DNA of 63,738 nucleotides, counting the filler, from Reticulomyxa filosa (taxonomy: Eukaryota; Protista; Foraminifera), in the NCBI GenBank assembly GCA_000512085.1. It is 17 parts of 17 records of this genome, joined end to end, with 100 filler letters (N's around TTAATTAATTAA, not from the genome) between each part and the next. Parts side by side here need not be neighbours in the genome. Positions count along the whole stretch, not along the records: positions 39,433 to 44,849 come from ASPP01008398.1; positions 44,950 to 46,274 come from ASPP01038776.1; positions 46,375 to 48,844 come from ASPP01026735.1; positions 48,945 to 50,733 come from ASPP01013229.1; positions 50,834 to 53,058 come from ASPP01019053.1; 12 more parts are not named here. One strand, written 5' to 3'. Position 1 is the first letter of the stretch. The number at the start of each line of letters is the position of its first letter. The notes beneath the pieces are model-generated. The model searched no databases and had not been told where the DNA came from. It saw only the letters and a program-made list of their open reading frames with translations. Positions 40,765 through 53,158 of the stretch are shown one piece after another. Made by a program: the position numbers and the translations under genes.

Positions 40765-43700
40765 ATGAGCGTCACGGATCTAAAGAAAGAAATCCAGGAG
40801 CTTTATGACTGTTTGTGGTGTTTGTTTTTTTTTTGCTTTGTGTATGTTTTTTGATGGAGAGAAAGCGGAGTAATGATAACGAGCAAAAAAAAATACAATA
40901 ACAAAACTAAAACAGTGGAAGGAGCGGAAGGGCTCGAATTTATAGATAAAGAAGCCAGTAAATTAAAGAATATGCTGTTTACATTTGGAATAGACTTCAA
41001 CGAAGTCAAGTTAATGAAGAACTAAAAGTAAAATTTTGATATGGACAATTGATCCAAAAAAAATAAATAAATAAATAAATAGGCTATTGGAATGTCTAAA
41101 AAAAACAGGACTCCCTGTTGATTTGGCCACTGCTTTTGATTTTGTTAAGTGATGTACCATCCAATTCATGTTGGGCTGAGTCCGTTTAATATGTAAGGGA
41201 CCACCGTTTCGAATTTGTTACTTCCTTTACACAAAATAAAGAGCAATGTGGTGTGTATGTTTGTGCCATGTGATGGATGTACGTGCATGAACTTGTTAGA
41301 CGATGGTAACACCAGTTTCAATGACTCGTTGGTGAAAGCAGAGCCAATCATACCTAATCTTCGACAAGGGCAATCGAACCAAACCGACGTCAATTCAATT
41401 AACTTATCAGCAGTTCAGCCAATGTCATCTATTCAATCCACTCAATCTACTCAATCCATTCAATCTACTCAGTCCATTCAATCTACTCAACCCATTCAAT
41501 CTACTCAACCCATTCAGTCTATTCAACTCATTCAACCCACCATCCCACATGATTTAGAGTTTGAAAAGTGATTTTTTTTTTTTTTTTTTTATTACGTATT
41601 TTTTGTTTCTTTAATCACTGACTCATTTGTCTTGTCTTGTTTATATATGTATGTATATATGTATGTATATATGTATATGTATTTATACAGACAAGCGAAA
41701 AGAAAGCTTGTGGAGATTGGAGATCCGCTGATGCCTCCAACCAAATACCCACGACTGAGTATAACAAAGGTTGATGAAACAGGGGATACATTGTTTTTGT
41801 TCAACCTCGCCAAGTTTGGTTTACTATGCAAACAGGCAAAAAAAAAAGAGATGAGGCTTGAGTCTGTTACATCTACGGACTACTTTGTCAAATGGCTCCA
41901 AATTACAAAAAAAAAAAAAAAGGCTATGTTTTTGTTTTTGTTTTTTGTCGATGTATTTTTTGCTAATCCATTTGTGGAACAGAGCAAGTGGAAAATCAAT
42001 GATCGAGTGGGTGGAGGAGGAGAAAACGAAATCAATGAACGACACTAGTGACTCTTTTGTGTTCGAAGCGGTGGAGGAAGCACTACAAGATAACAGCGAT
42101 TGGAAGGATGACACCAAGTTTGATTCCTTTGCCAATGACAGTTCTCGTGTCCAAGGCAATCTCGTTGGAAAAGTGGTATAACTCAACTTATTTATTTATT
42201 ATTTCTTTCTTTTGTTTGTTTTAAAATGTGCTTGTAATGTTATGACCAGGATCCACTTCAAGAGCACGTGTTCAACTGGACAACGGAGCTGTTGGCAATC
42301 GAATCCTTCATCATACGACGGAAAGATCTAAAAACATTTCAATCGCTATTGCCGTCCAGTAAGTCAAATTCTTCAAAATTAGTTTTGCAATTCTTGTGTA
42401 CATGTATTCACAAACTTATTGAAACATACCTATTTTTTTTTTTAGAGGTATTATGTGAGTATTGTGTTGTTGTGTACGTAGAAATTCATTCGGAGTCCTT
42501 CTTGTGGTGGTCGTGCATTGCTTTCATTACTAAAGGTTAATCTTTATTTGTTTGTTTATTTCCTCGTATGTGTACGTATGTGTATGTGAAGCACTCTTTT
42601 CATTATCCTTTTTCTTGCGTACACACATATATTTGATTTTTTAAATAAAAAACGAATATATATATATATATATATATACCTATGTATCCATTCGATAGTT
42701 GGATCGAAAGCCACAAGGCACGTGTAACTTTAAATACAAAATACTGGACAAGGTCAAGCAAAAAGACAACAAAGTGCTGGTGAAGTTACAAATATTTGTG
42801 ATGCAGAAAAATTACAAAAGAGAGAAAAAGTTTGGCGTGTCATTCCCTATCACCTTTGCTATGGCGTGGGGAGACACTAATCTCATATCATACTGCAAAA
42901 AAGCACTGCACAATCTTGGCCAATTGGAGTGTCCTAAAGTGCTAAGCGATATCCTGGCCACCACTATTCGCTACTCCAGCGACGAGGAGACCTTCACATG
43001 TGTCTCACCACCCCTTCAAAACTCAGCCTATTCCTTTGGAGTCGATATAGAATTGCAGTTTATTTGCTTGCTTTTTTTTATTGAACATTTTTCTTTTTTT
43101 TTTTTTAACATACACACACACACACACACATAAAGACCCTATCAAATCCAAACGGTGAATTGGATGCATGAAAATGAAATTCATCCTCTCGGAGTGTATC
43201 GTGAGTTGTTTTCAATGGGAACATTCCGAGGTGGCACTGCCTGTTATTATTATTCTCCTTATCTTCAAAAATTTGTCTTTCATGAGCCTCGTGCACGTGG
43301 AGGCTTGCTTTGTGAAGACATGGGCCTTGGGTTAAGTAACTCCTTTGTTACATACATATATACGTACATATATGCACTCCATTTCTCATTTTTTGTTTTA
43401 ATTATTGCATGCACGATTGTAACATTTCCTTTTTTTTTTTTTTTTTAGCTCTAATCTCATAAATTTCAAAATAACAAGTTAACCAAATATAATATTACAA
43501 AAAAAAAAAAAAAAGCAAAACTATTGAGATTTTATCCTTGATCCACATACATCCTATGCCTCAGCCTCCAACGTTGTTTTTACAGTTTCTTCATCTCTTT
43601 CTTTACACATACAATCGAAGGAAAGTCTTTCGAATAAAATTTACTAACAAATGTATTGAAAATGAGCGGGTTGCAATGGCCTTCGACTGTATTTATTTTG

Positions 43701-44849
43701 TTCATTTTATTTGTATAGACCAAAGAATGAGAAAATCTCCCTCCCGCTTCGTGTGAAAGGCACGCTGATAATTTGTTCGACGAGTCTGTTGGGACAATGG
43801 TACCAAGAAATAATCGAACATTCCTCCACACATTTGGCTGTCTACAAATACTACGGCAAGCGCACAAATGACATAACCGAGGTACATGTTTTGTTCAATG
43901 TGCCTTTGACTCTGTATTTACAATATATACGTATACATATATATATATATGTATATACTTATATATTATGGATATATGCACGTATGTTCGATAACAACAA
44001 ATACAAAGCTGGCCAGATACGATGTGGTATTGACCACATTCAAACTGTGTAGTCAAAGTCCAAACCGAGCAGGAGCATCAAACGCAACTGAAAACCAAAC
44101 TTCAAATGCCAATTTCGACAACAATGCCAGTGAAAGTGCAAGTAATAACACATCGAAAGCAGAGAAGTGGACAGGATTGCTGCACCAATGCCATTGGTGG
44201 CGTATTGTCATCGACGAAGGACATACATTAAAAACAGTGACGACCAAACAAAGCCAAAGTCTAATGCATTTGAAAGGTGAACATAAATGGGTGTTAACTG
44301 CAACACCGTTTCAAGATTCCATCCGAGATATTTCAAACCTAATGAATTGGATCGGAGTTAAAATGCCGCCGCTGTGGTGGACCTTTTTGGATCCAAATGT
44401 TGGAGGAACATTCAAAGAATTTCTAATTTTGTTTTGTTCAACATAAATATATTTTTGTATTTGTTTACACGTATATGTACACTGTCCTTGTCAAATGGAT
44501 TATCTTTTGTTGTTGCTGATAGATTGCGGCACACCACAATGCGACACACGAAAGACCAAAAATTTAATGATGTTGATATTCTTTCATTACCAGAAAAGGA
44601 AGATATTATTATTAAGGTGCAGTTCACTTCGGAACAAAGACTTGTGTACAATGAATTGTTTCAACTAGCTCAATACGAGTTCCAAATATCAAAAAAAAAT
44701 AAGCCGTGGGAAAAAATTATTTGAAGTTGGTACGGTCTTTAACCACCATACGACGTGCTTGCAGTAGTGCAAAATTTAACTTCGATGAATCAACAGAGAA
44801 GTGTTACGTTCTCACTCTTTTTTTTTTTTGCTTGTTTCTCTTTCTGTTA
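40765..44849 (+). CDS. SNF2-family helicase of RAD5/RAD16/SHPRH type, many exons, 3'-partial
   Basis: ELQ/PYQIQTVNWM, RGGLLCEDMGLG/KT, TLIICSTSLLGQW, YDVVLTTF, WWRIVIDEGH, KWVLTATP, MRHTK. Confidence 0.9.
41431..41540 (+). repeat. Coding 9/18-bp tandem repeat (QSTQSI/QSTQPI) in the SNF2 N-terminal region
   Basis: Repeated caatctactcaa/cccattcaa units. Confidence 0.8.
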
Positions 44850-44979
44850 NNNNNNNNNNNNNNNNNNNNNNNNNNNNNNNNNNNNNNNNNNNNTTAATTA
44901 ATTAANNNNNNNNNNNNNNNNNNNNNNNNNNNNNNNNNNNNNNNNNNNNTATTTTTATTTTTTAAAAAGAGAACATAAC

Positions 44980-45615
44980 ATAATTGAAAACGAGTTTGTT
45001 AAAATCAGTAATCCATCCAAATTTAATATGCAATATTCGGATCCAATGTTTTATGATTAGTTGTAGCAAGAATGGATCTTCAATCATTTTATGTAAATTT
45101 GTATAATTTTTCAATGTATCATCATATTGTTGTATTGTCCAATTGGACTTGTCATTCGTTTTATTGTTTTTACGCATTTTGACAAATTTGTCAATGTAAT
45201 CTTGCATTTGTCCCTTTGAAAAGGGCCATAAATAAATCATCGAGGTTGTCGTTAATCCATGTTTTTGATTTGGGCCAACCAAAACTTGTTTAATGTCTTC
45301 TTCGCTCAAGACATTACTTCGATAAGTGACAATAGTTTTTGCATTCCATTGGCCTAAATTTAAACGAGAATAAAAATATTTTTCATCATTGTTATTATTA
45401 TTCTTATTGTATGCATCAAATATCTCATCAAAGCCATCCAAAATAAATACAAAAGAAATATTCTCACGAATTATATCCATCATTTCATTGTTTATCTGTT
45501 TCATTCGCAAAGCTTGAGAAATAGTATCTTGTTCATCTGCTTCATTATAGCATTTCGCTAATGAAATGTAAATAGGAATGGATTTTGTCGAATCACTAGC
45601 ATACTCTTTCCACAA
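44980..45615 (-). pseudogene. NACHT NTPase fragment fused in frame to the WD40-family N-terminal motif
   Basis: IPIYISL...FVFILDGFDE (Walker B)...IYLWPFS..QMQDYI...PFLLQLI runs into IKHWIRILHIKFGWITDFNKLVFNY. No Walker A upstream. Confidence 0.7.
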
Positions 45616-46374
45616 AGTCTTTTTCTATTGCTTTATTCGGTGATCGAACATGTATATACAATAAAACATTGACTTTTTGATTTGCTATGGGCTGCATCAA
45701 ACACTATATAGCAGTGTTGCCATACATTTGTAATGGGGAGGCTGATGCAGCTACAAAACAAATGAACGATCCACTCTCCCGTCTGCTGTTGTTATGTTCG
45801 TATTGATGACCGATGTTGCCGTAATGGCAAATAATCTTTTCTTTCACCCCATTGTCAATGCTGTTTTTGTTTTGACTGAAATCCACTTTGATAATTATTA
45901 TCTCGACTCAAGTCACTTGCGTGAGATATTAATCAAAACAACAAGTCGAGTAAGAGGCAATCATCACAGCAGGGGCGTCTCGAAGCAGTTGATATATAGT
46001 CACATTTCCATGAAAAAGGGGTTGACCGACATAGCGTCGGCTCTTTTCTTTCCACATTTAGCTTGTTTGTTTCATCCAATGCTTGCTCTCATCCTTCTCT
46101 TCTTCTTTCGTCCCTTCTTTTTCTTTGTTCATATCTTTCTCCTTGTAAATAAATTCCTCCTCCATCTCTTCTAGGGTAACACATGATCTATCTTTTTATG
46201 ATAAGCTCGATGATGCAGGGGTTTTTTTTACTCTCAAACGACCTAAAGTCTTTTCGATGTTTTGTGCTTTTTTTNNNNNNNNNNNNNNNNNNNNNNNNNN
46301 NNNNNNNNNNNNNNNNNNTTAATTAATTAANNNNNNNNNNNNNNNNNNNNNNNNNNNNNNNNNNNNNNNNNNNN

Positions 46375-48169
46375 ATTATTATTATTATTATTATTATTAT
46401 CATTATAGTCATTGTCATTGTCATTGCTGTTGTCGTAGTACATTTGTTGCTTCAAACACTCGCTTACATTCATTCGCTGCACTTGCACTTGCACTTGCGC
46501 TTGCGACTTACGTGCGCGTGCATAAGACTCCAGTTCCGACTCGGTTCCCGAGTCCGACTTTTCCGGAAATGAAGAGGACGGGATAGTCTTGTGGATATGA
46601 GTGCCACTAGTGGCGGCGACAGAGGAGGAGGGATGATTCGAAGTATTGAGATTGACACTGACATTGACATTGACATTAGCATTGGCATTGGCATTGGCAT
46701 TAGCATTGGCAATGAAAGGTTGAATGGACACACGCTTTTGATGGACAATGCTCGTGCGTCTGGGCTTGGTTCGCAAGCAAGTGATGCACTCCTTCATTTT
46801 GGAGTGACTCCACGACAGACCATGTTTCTTGAGCAGCGCGTAGATGTTGTCATTGTCCATGTGTGGGAACAGATCATTTAGCAAGTACCAGATTTCATTC
46901 AGCAGCACCAGGATCTCGAGCTTTTCGCTGTCGTTGTCGTTGTCGTTGTCTCTGTCAGACTCGACTTCGGCTTCGATGACTTCAATCCCGTGCTCGACTT
47001 CGTCGTCATCCTTGGCCTGCGTCTTGGTTTTCAGCGCGTCCATCACGCCAATGTACTTTTGCAGCACAGGAATGTTTACGCTCAACACATGGCTTTCGAG
47101 TAGCTGCGTGATGCAGTAGTTGTTGACGCAGAGCATGCGCAGGATGACAACGCAGAGTTTTAAGATGTGTTGCGCTTTTTTCTTTTTCTCCTTCGTGTTG
47201 CTTGCTGTCATTATATGTTGTTGTTTCTTTAACATTGAATTCGTAATCGTCGTCGTCGTCGTCGTCGTCGTCGTCCACCAGCTGTCGTCCACGACGTCCA
47301 GTTCGTTTTGGTACTTCATCAACTTATACAAGATCACGTGATAATCTTTTTTCACAAACGATGCTATCTCTTGCTTCCGAACACTCTTCTCCGCATTGAC
47401 ATTGGGGTTATTGGAACTTGGCTTCCATAATTGTTGGAGACATGTCAATAACGAAACATGGATTTCTTGCTTCATTTTGATCATGTCATTATCTTTGCCT
47501 GCTGTCATGTCCGCTTGAATGACTGCTGCAGTTGCTGCAGGGGACGGAATGTGATGATTGCAAATGGTCATGAACAACCCGATGACGTCACAGCAATTGC
47601 GCAGCAGCTCTTGCAGCACAATACTGTGCGACAGGTTGGACAAAAGCACGCTCGCGCGATGAATGATGGTGACGTCGTTGAGATACACAACTGTGACTTG
47701 CGTGCAAATGTCCACCAACGATTTGACCAGACTCGTGTGCGACGACGTCGTCTTGTAGGAACGCTCTTGCAACTGCAACAGTGCGCACTCCTTCTTGTAT
47801 AGCATTTCCAGGTATTCCAGATGGGTCAGATACGAGGTCATCTGTGTCAAACACATTAATGCCTCACTGACTATGTACACATCTTTATGCGACGGCGATA
47901 ACGATGCAGCGGACATTGGAAGAGGAGAATACTCGCTTGGGAACTTCTTGTTATTCGCAAGTTGCTTCTGCATGTACGACTGGATGATTAGCGCACATGC
48001 CTGCAATGCATGTGTCTTCAGCACCAAGTGGTTCAATTGCTCGCTGTACTGCAACATCGATAGTAGCAAAGGCAGTACAATTTCGCACAGCGTTTTGTCT
48101 TTATTGAAATATCGCAACAGTACATCGGCAATGCATTCCACATAATTTTTGTTCATTGCATGTCCATTG

Positions 48170-48200
<31 letters not shown>

Positions 48201-48759
48201 CATTATCATTATCATTGTCATTGTCATTGTCATACGATAGATTATTAGAATCGGACAGGATCAACGACGAAAAAATATCCATGTTGTCATTCAATACGAG
48301 CAGGTGTTGCAAAATGTAACAACACTTGTGCACAATTTCGATATCTTCTCGATCCATCTGAGCGTGCATCTTGAGCACTTCCAACAGCACCGCTATGGTT
48401 CCATTGCTGCCAATCAGTCGCTTCATTTCGTCCAACTGTCCCGCCGCGAGCTGGTCTTTGCGGATCAAATTGTACAACAGCTTCAACACTTGCAACAGTA
48501 TCTCCTTGTAGTTCAATGACTTGGACACGTACTGCTGCTGTTGCTGTGGGTCGAGCGGCACAAAGCGAAACATTTGCGCCATAAACACCACGCCATTGCC
48601 GCTGCGCAACATTGTCTCCGCCAACGACATGTGCATTTGTTTGTACGTCGAGTACTGTCCTGGCAGCAATTGGCTGTTGCTACGATTCTTCTTATCCGCT
48701 GACTGGCATCGTCGATTCATTTCCTCCACTAATTGCAGCCATTGTATTTCGTCTTCCAC
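46375..48759 (-). CDS. Armadillo/HEAT-like helical repeat protein with DN, poly-T and NA low-complexity inserts, partial
   Basis: About 795 open codons of Leu-rich amphipathic helices (GTIAVLLEVLKMH...CYILQHL); (GATAAT)n and (ACG)n microsatellites. Confidence 0.7.
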
Positions 48760-48766
48760 CTTTGTA

Positions 48767-48802
<36 letters not shown>

Positions 48803-48944
48803 TTTTAATTTTAAAAAAGTTTAAAAAAAAAAAAAAAAAAAAAANNNNNNNNNNNNNNNNNNNNNNNNNNNNNNNNNNNNNNNNNNNNTTAATTAATTAA
48901 NNNNNNNNNNNNNNNNNNNNNNNNNNNNNNNNNNNNNNNNNNNN

Positions 48945-49873
48945 TCTTTTTTTTTTTTTTTTTTTTTTTTGTTTTACCATTTAATTTGTTTATTCATTTG
49001 TTACAAAATCAATCAAAACACAAATTGGGGAAAAAAAAATAAGTAATGTGTAATCAAAATGAATATATACATATATGTATATATAAATACAATTTTTGCG
49101 TGTTGATCCAATCGCTATAACATTTCCACAGTCGTAACAAGTGAATAGGACCGGCCAGATACCAATTTGTGTCTGCTCTTTTCTCAAAGCCAAACTCTTG
49201 CAGATGGTGTTCCAAAGCGCTTAAACTTTGACTCAGATACACAGTTTGAAGACATTTGTGTTTGAAATTTTTTTGTAATGCAAAACTGTTAATTTGCTGA
49301 TACTTTGTTTTTTTTGGCTTCGTCAAAATGTTCCACAACACGTGTAAACACATTTCCCGAACTATTTTCAAGTCACTCTTTTCTTCTGTCCTATATTTTT
49401 TGTTTCCAATGTTCTTTCTATTTTTATCTTTTATTTAAACAAAACAAAACAAAAAAAAAAGGTAAAGTTTTAACCCATTGATATTCATATCCACGCAAAC
49501 GTTGTTCAGGTCCATAAAAGTGTCTATAAACACTTGGTTGCGTTTCGTCCATCTACGCAAAATCTCTGTTCTGCCGATTCGATTGCCAAACATTTCGAAC
49601 AGGATCATCAAGTTGTTTAGTTGATGATCATACATACTACATTTTGTATTGTGTGTGTCTCATGTGCCGTCATGGGATTAATGGTGCAAGTTAATTGGTG
49701 AATAAAAAACAAAACAAAGTGCTGCGTGGCTTGATTGCGACAATGTTGCTCAAGATTGCTTTTGCTTCGGTAAAGTCCCCATTGCAACATTTCAAAGTTT
49801 TCGAAATGATATCTTCATCCAAACTTTCGAAAGATTGCTGAAGCTGTTGAATTGCAACAGTTGCCCCGATCAT
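48945..49873 (-). CDS. CUE-domain + PUB(PUG)-domain protein, 3'-partial
   Basis: CUE-like IQQLQQSFESLDEDIISKTLKCCNGDFTEAKAIL; PUB-like LWNILTKPKKTKYQQIN...LQEFGF. Confidence 0.65.
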
Positions 49874-50833
49874 GATGATCAAGCAAAAAAACTCGAGCTT
49901 TGAAGCTTGGAAAAAACTTTTAAAAAATGGTTGCAAAATAGTTTTGAGCACATTTGATTATTTCAGCAGAGAGATAAGTAAGGGAAAAATGACAATATGA
50001 CAAGTGTATAATATTATTTGAAAAACGCTCATCTTATCATCCATTTTTTTTTAGCTAAGATTTCGGAGTGACTTTTTTCGCTTGTTCCGTTGTTTTCGTT
50101 TGTGATAATATTGTTTCATTTTTGCCTATTTGAAGTATTGTGCTAGCGTTTATTTCAACGACCGAAAAACGCGATTGTGGATATCAATCATACATAGTTG
50201 ATTGTTTTCATTGGATAACAACAGCAATATGTACAGAAAAGCTCTCTTTAATTTATAAATAAGTTTTTTAAAATTTTTAAATGTTAGAAACTTTTAATGC
50301 TCAAAATTAAGCTTTGGCAATTTAATGTGGTTAAAAAAAATTATATCAAAAGAAATAATTAAAATTTGAATATGAACAATTTAAATTTGATGTCGAAATA
50401 AAATCAATAAAAATTTTTTTCCCTACTGCACTGGCATTTGAAGTACATGTAACAAAGAAGATGTGAGAGGATTTGTGATTTTTGTTTCCAAAAAGAACTT
50501 TCCAAGTAGGATCAATGGACCCTTGTTAGCTGCCTGAAATGAACGAAAGCAAACGGATTGTGTGAGATTAGGCCCAAAAACTCGATAGGGGGCCGGATTA
50601 ACATAATAATTGGTCCAATATATATAATTTTTTGTTATTTATTATAAAAGGTCCATTGTTTTGCTTTGTTATGTTGTTCCCGTTGTTGAAAATAATTTTC
50701 AAAAATGAGAAAAAGCTTTTTTTTTTTTTTTTTNNNNNNNNNNNNNNNNNNNNNNNNNNNNNNNNNNNNNNNNNNNNTTAATTAATTAANNNNNNNNNNN
50801 NNNNNNNNNNNNNNNNNNNNNNNNNNNNNNNNN

Positions 50834-53058
50834 GATGGAATTCAATACTCCAAGCATATTAATTACGTGTATGGCAAAGCTGCAATGAAACTTGGATATT
50901 TGACATATTTATGCTCACATAAAGGTGCCAGACCAGTTTATCAACGTATAATCTATTATACAAGATTATTGGAAAGGATACAAAGGATTGCAATGTGTCA
51001 AATTCTTGGTTTAATGGACCGGACTCCAGCTTCATGGATACAGCCACAAGATACAATTCAACGATAACAGAATTTCGTCTGATGTTGGATTATTGGATTG
51101 TATCTTGTGGCTGTATCCATGAAGCTGGAGCCGGTCCATTAAACCAATACAACTCTTCCAAGTCGATCGTTCTATCAATTTACACTGACTGTAATCTCTG
51201 CCAGGCTCGGGAATATGCACAATGTTTGCTTTCTTTCACGCAATAGACATATCACATTCGAAAATTCCATCAATATATTTTAATTCACTCATAATTAAAT
51301 ATATTGAATGTGAATATAAATCTCTTCGATACTCAGCGATGAACATAAAGATATTGTAAATTATAATTGATGTCATTCTTTGATCTGAATCCTTCTTGCA
51401 ATAAACAGAATAAAATTCTTATCGATAAGATTTCACAGCCGTTTAACTTCTTCTTATTTGATATTTATAATCTTCCAATGTCCTTAATTTTATCATCGCT
51501 TTCGCGAGTTAATACTCCTCGAAGCAGGGTATATTCACTTCAGGATTAGTCACTGCTTTTTGTCCTGCAGCGAATGTCTTACGATAATGCATATCTTTGC
51601 TGATTGATATCATTGAAGTTATGAATTAGCTACTGCTCATTAACATCAACTGCGAAACATCCGAAATTTCCAAAAAATGTTTGTGCTAATACTTTTTTGG
51701 AAGATTTTTTAATTGGTATTTTTTGGAAATTATTATTGGAATTTTATTGTTTGTGTTATTTTAAAATTTTAAAATTGTGGAGTGACTCATCATCGTTATG
51801 CCAGACATCACAAACCATAGCAGATCATCAAATTTGAATAGCGATGATGAAATAAACACGAAAAAACAAGTAAAAAACAAAGACTACATCAAGAACAAAA
51901 AAGTATTGGACAATGAAAACATTTGGAAGGAAAACAAGAAGACACGCAAAGATTACTTCTGCAGACAAGTCCTTCGTTATAAGGTACCTAAAATTCATTG
52001 GAATTAAGGATAACGTTATTTGTGCACTTCCATAATCAAGTGAAAATGAATGAATTGAAATTGATTGAAGATCAACAAATATTGAACAGTAATGAAAAAC
52101 AATCAAAGGACACTTTGTTGACAAGATTATGTCTCTGAAACAAACCGTTGTATTTTATTGAAGAATGTATTGACAAGAGAATCATAAGAAATTGTTGAAG
52201 ATGTTAAAAGAGCATTGGAGTGGATATTGATCAGGCTGTATATCTGAACACCAACTTAAATGTATGTTCTTGATAGTATTGATAACTTTCATTCCCAACT
52301 TATCTTTAAATCACTTCAATACCATACTCCATCGAATGCAGGCATATTCCAAAGATGGCCTGATAATTGTTGTATTATACAGATAAACTTGGACGAATCC
52401 CTTTGTACGAACACAGGAATGTCAAATATCCAAGTTTCTTTGATGCTTTGCCATAAATATAATTGATGTATTGCAGGAATGTCATTTGCTGATCGACAAA
52501 TATTATAAATATTTGATCTGTTTCTTCAATGTCTTTCCCATCCAATTTCAATTTCATCTTTGGATATTTTCTTTTGTTTTTGAACGTAATCGACTGAGTC
52601 GTTCCATTTCCTTTTCATCACTGGTGTAAATGGTACACCAAATTCAAATTTTCTTTCACTGAAATTAATTCTATTTAATACCACTTGTCCAATTCGATCT
52701 TTGATAAAGCTGTTCAACCACCAATATATCTTCCTTTTAATACAAATTTTTTCTCGTCTCGTTTCTTAACACTGTATATGATATCCCATTATTATCGAAT
52801 GATGAATAAATTGATTCAGTCATTCTTAATAACAATTCAGATGTGTTGTACCAAGATTGCTTGGTATTGTGTAATAATTTGTTTTCATTTAAATACCACA
52901 TCAATCTTCAATAATTTCACAACTCCAGATAATGAAACTGGCTTTAATTCTTGCAGATGCTGTGATCTCGATCTGGTTTTGGAATTGTAACAATATTCGC
53001 TCTTTTCCATAATCTCGGAACATATCCAATCTCGAAGCTCCAATTTAAAAAAAAAAAA
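50834..53058. mobile_element. Decayed non-LTR (LINE) retrotransposon fragments in both orientations
   Basis: Minus strand: GYVPRLWKRANIVTIPKPDRD, SFIKDRIGQV...FGVP, FVDQQMTFLQYINYIYGKASKKLG, IIRPSLEYAC. Plus strand: HINYVYGKAAMKLG...LERIQRIAM. Possible APE endonuclease LLQE near 51400 (-). Confidence 0.85.
51006..51147. repeat. Near-perfect ~52-bp inverted repeat (long hairpin)
   Basis: 51006..51057 (ttggtttaatggaccggactccagcttcatggatacagccacaagatacaat) is the reverse complement of 51097..51147 except for one indel. Confidence 0.93.
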
Positions 53059-53158
53059 NNNNNNNNNNNNNNNNNNNNNNNNNNNNNNNNNNNNNNNNNN
53101 NNTTAATTAATTAANNNNNNNNNNNNNNNNNNNNNNNNNNNNNNNNNNNNNNNNNNNN

